Source: Perna viridis
Taxonomy: Eukaryota
Reading direction: 5' to 3'
Assembly: GCA_037379345.1 (NCBI GenBank)
Contig: CM074514.1
Span: forward strand, 20,832,001 to 20,896,000
Length of the DNA: 64,000 nt
Below are positions 62,330 to 64,000 of the stretch, one piece after another. A program made the position numbers and the translations under genes. Every line of letters begins with the position of its first letter. Position 1 is the stretch's first letter. Under the pieces are notes generated by a model, which searched no databases, had not been told where the DNA came from, and saw only the letters and a list, made by a program, of their open reading frames with translations.

Positions 62330-64000
62330 TTTTTTCCACTCTAAAGTTGATATATTAAACCATATTATTGTTAGAGTAGTAATACTCTATACTTAGAACA
62401 AGTATATACAGCCACTTTGTGTGAAAACCTGAAAATAAAATAAATCCATTTCACAATTTTGTCTCTGTATTAATCAAATAATATTTACTAAGTTTATATT
62501 TACAAGTTACATAGAAAGGAACGGTTCCTGTGAGTTGACGATTGATCAAAGAACAATGCTAGTAAAGCTTTTCCATTTAAACAAACCTTACCGAGATGGA
62601 GGTGTAAGGTTAAATGGTCGATATCGAAATTTCCTCAATCTTAAAAGCTTTGTTTTAGCCTTCAAAATAAAAAAAAGTAAATCCACTTAACATTATCCGC
62701 GATACAAAAACGTTTTATTGAGGAAAAATTGATATAAATATTACATAAAATTATAATTACAATTGATTTCATCAAATGAAATGCATTCTACGTCAGACTT
62801 ATATAATTTTATATTAAATAAAGACCGTGACGATGTCACGATAGGCCACCATAATAGTATCAGGTTTCTTCAAAATGTTCGAAGACATTAAATGAAAGGG
62901 ATATTTGACAGGTATATTGTATGCAAAATAAGTACATATATAGGCTGTATATACACAGTAACGTTAAAAAGCATGATACGACTAGGGAGTTGATAGATAG
63001 TAAGGGTGTTGGTGTGGGCGTTATTTAAAACGTTTTTTTATTTTTAATTTGTTGTTGTCTGTGTCAGCGTGTGCGCGTGAAGTTATGATGTTGTAATGTT
63101 GGTGTTTGTGTACTCTACATATAGGTAATGTAAGTACCATTTCAATGTCATAGGCGGAAAGTAAAACGTATGGCAGTAAAACACTTGCATTATAAACCTA
63201 ACCTTACATATTTAATTGTTTACTATTAAAATTCATGCACTTATGAATAAAAACATCCACAAATTGTTGTAGTAGAAGTAATAAAATCAGACATTTCACA
63301 ATTTTGTGACATATAATACTTTGAAGCAGGAGATTTATTTGTGCACTTTTACAGTTTTAACAGGAAACACCTAAACCTTAAATGATAAGGGGTGATATTG
63401 TTGGTGTTGATATCATCTGTATTCAGGTAAACTAACATTCTTATTACCGCATCTATAAATAACTGATAAGTAAAAAATGTTATTAAAATATTCGGCCTTA
63501 GATTTGCAAACTTTAGTTACTTTGTGATTCTAAAATCTGACTTCGCAATTTTCTCCAGTGTTTCACATTTTTGATAAGATATGTACCAGATCGTCGATCA
63601 TTGTTATATGTCACCACAATAATGAAAGTTGGCAATCACAACAATTCATTTATTAATACATCAATACACTGGTAAGCTACATGATTAAATAGAATCAAAT
63701 AGCACAAGTCCTAATGTTGTACAAGTTGTAGTTTGATGAACTGACCGAGAAAGCCTTGAATTTAATTTAATCACCATGGATAGTTTTGGACGTATATTGG
63801 AATTTTGATGATACGCATTGAACAGTATTAACTACTGACTGAAGTCAAGATTACAATATAATACATAAATCAGATAGAACATATAAGATTTCCATACGAA
63901 CTTAAGCGTAACTGTTAGAAAAGAAGTAGTAACACCGAAAATACAAACGTGAAAATTCTTGGACAAAACAAAACCGGGATCACCAAAATTACTATACGCA

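Overview
AT-rich animal genomic DNA with spliceosomal introns; the repeat families suggest a bivalve, probably a mytilid mussel (inference). 1-15 kb is a decaying type-B carboxylesterase (CCE) cluster: an intact minus-strand gene running off the left edge, its head-to-head inverted pseudogene copy, a relic extra terminal exon, an older relic, and a 5'-truncated but still open copy. 16.8-29.6 kb holds retroelements: a degenerate BEL/Pao element with one LTR, a near full-length PAT-like DIRS-order (tyrosine-recombinase) element with split direct repeats, and a Penelope-like (probably Naiad-type) fragment. 30.9-62.4 kb is a complete 20-coding-exon minus-strand receptor guanylyl cyclase (~1213 aa) whose introns carry HINE, foldback, Penelope-like and minisatellite repeats. 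Most notable: (i) a circularly permuted (type-P5-like) twister ribozyme core with a palindrome in place of P1; (ii) a conserved multi-stem RNA-like structure at the 3' end of the Penelope-like copies; (iii) candidate cassette/poison exons flanked by TGCATG motifs just after the cyclase TM helix; (iv) Cys->Thr at a cyclase GTP-specificity residue; (v) two alternative terminal exons (anchored vs soluble) behind the CCE copy. All analysis is by eye; no database searches were run.
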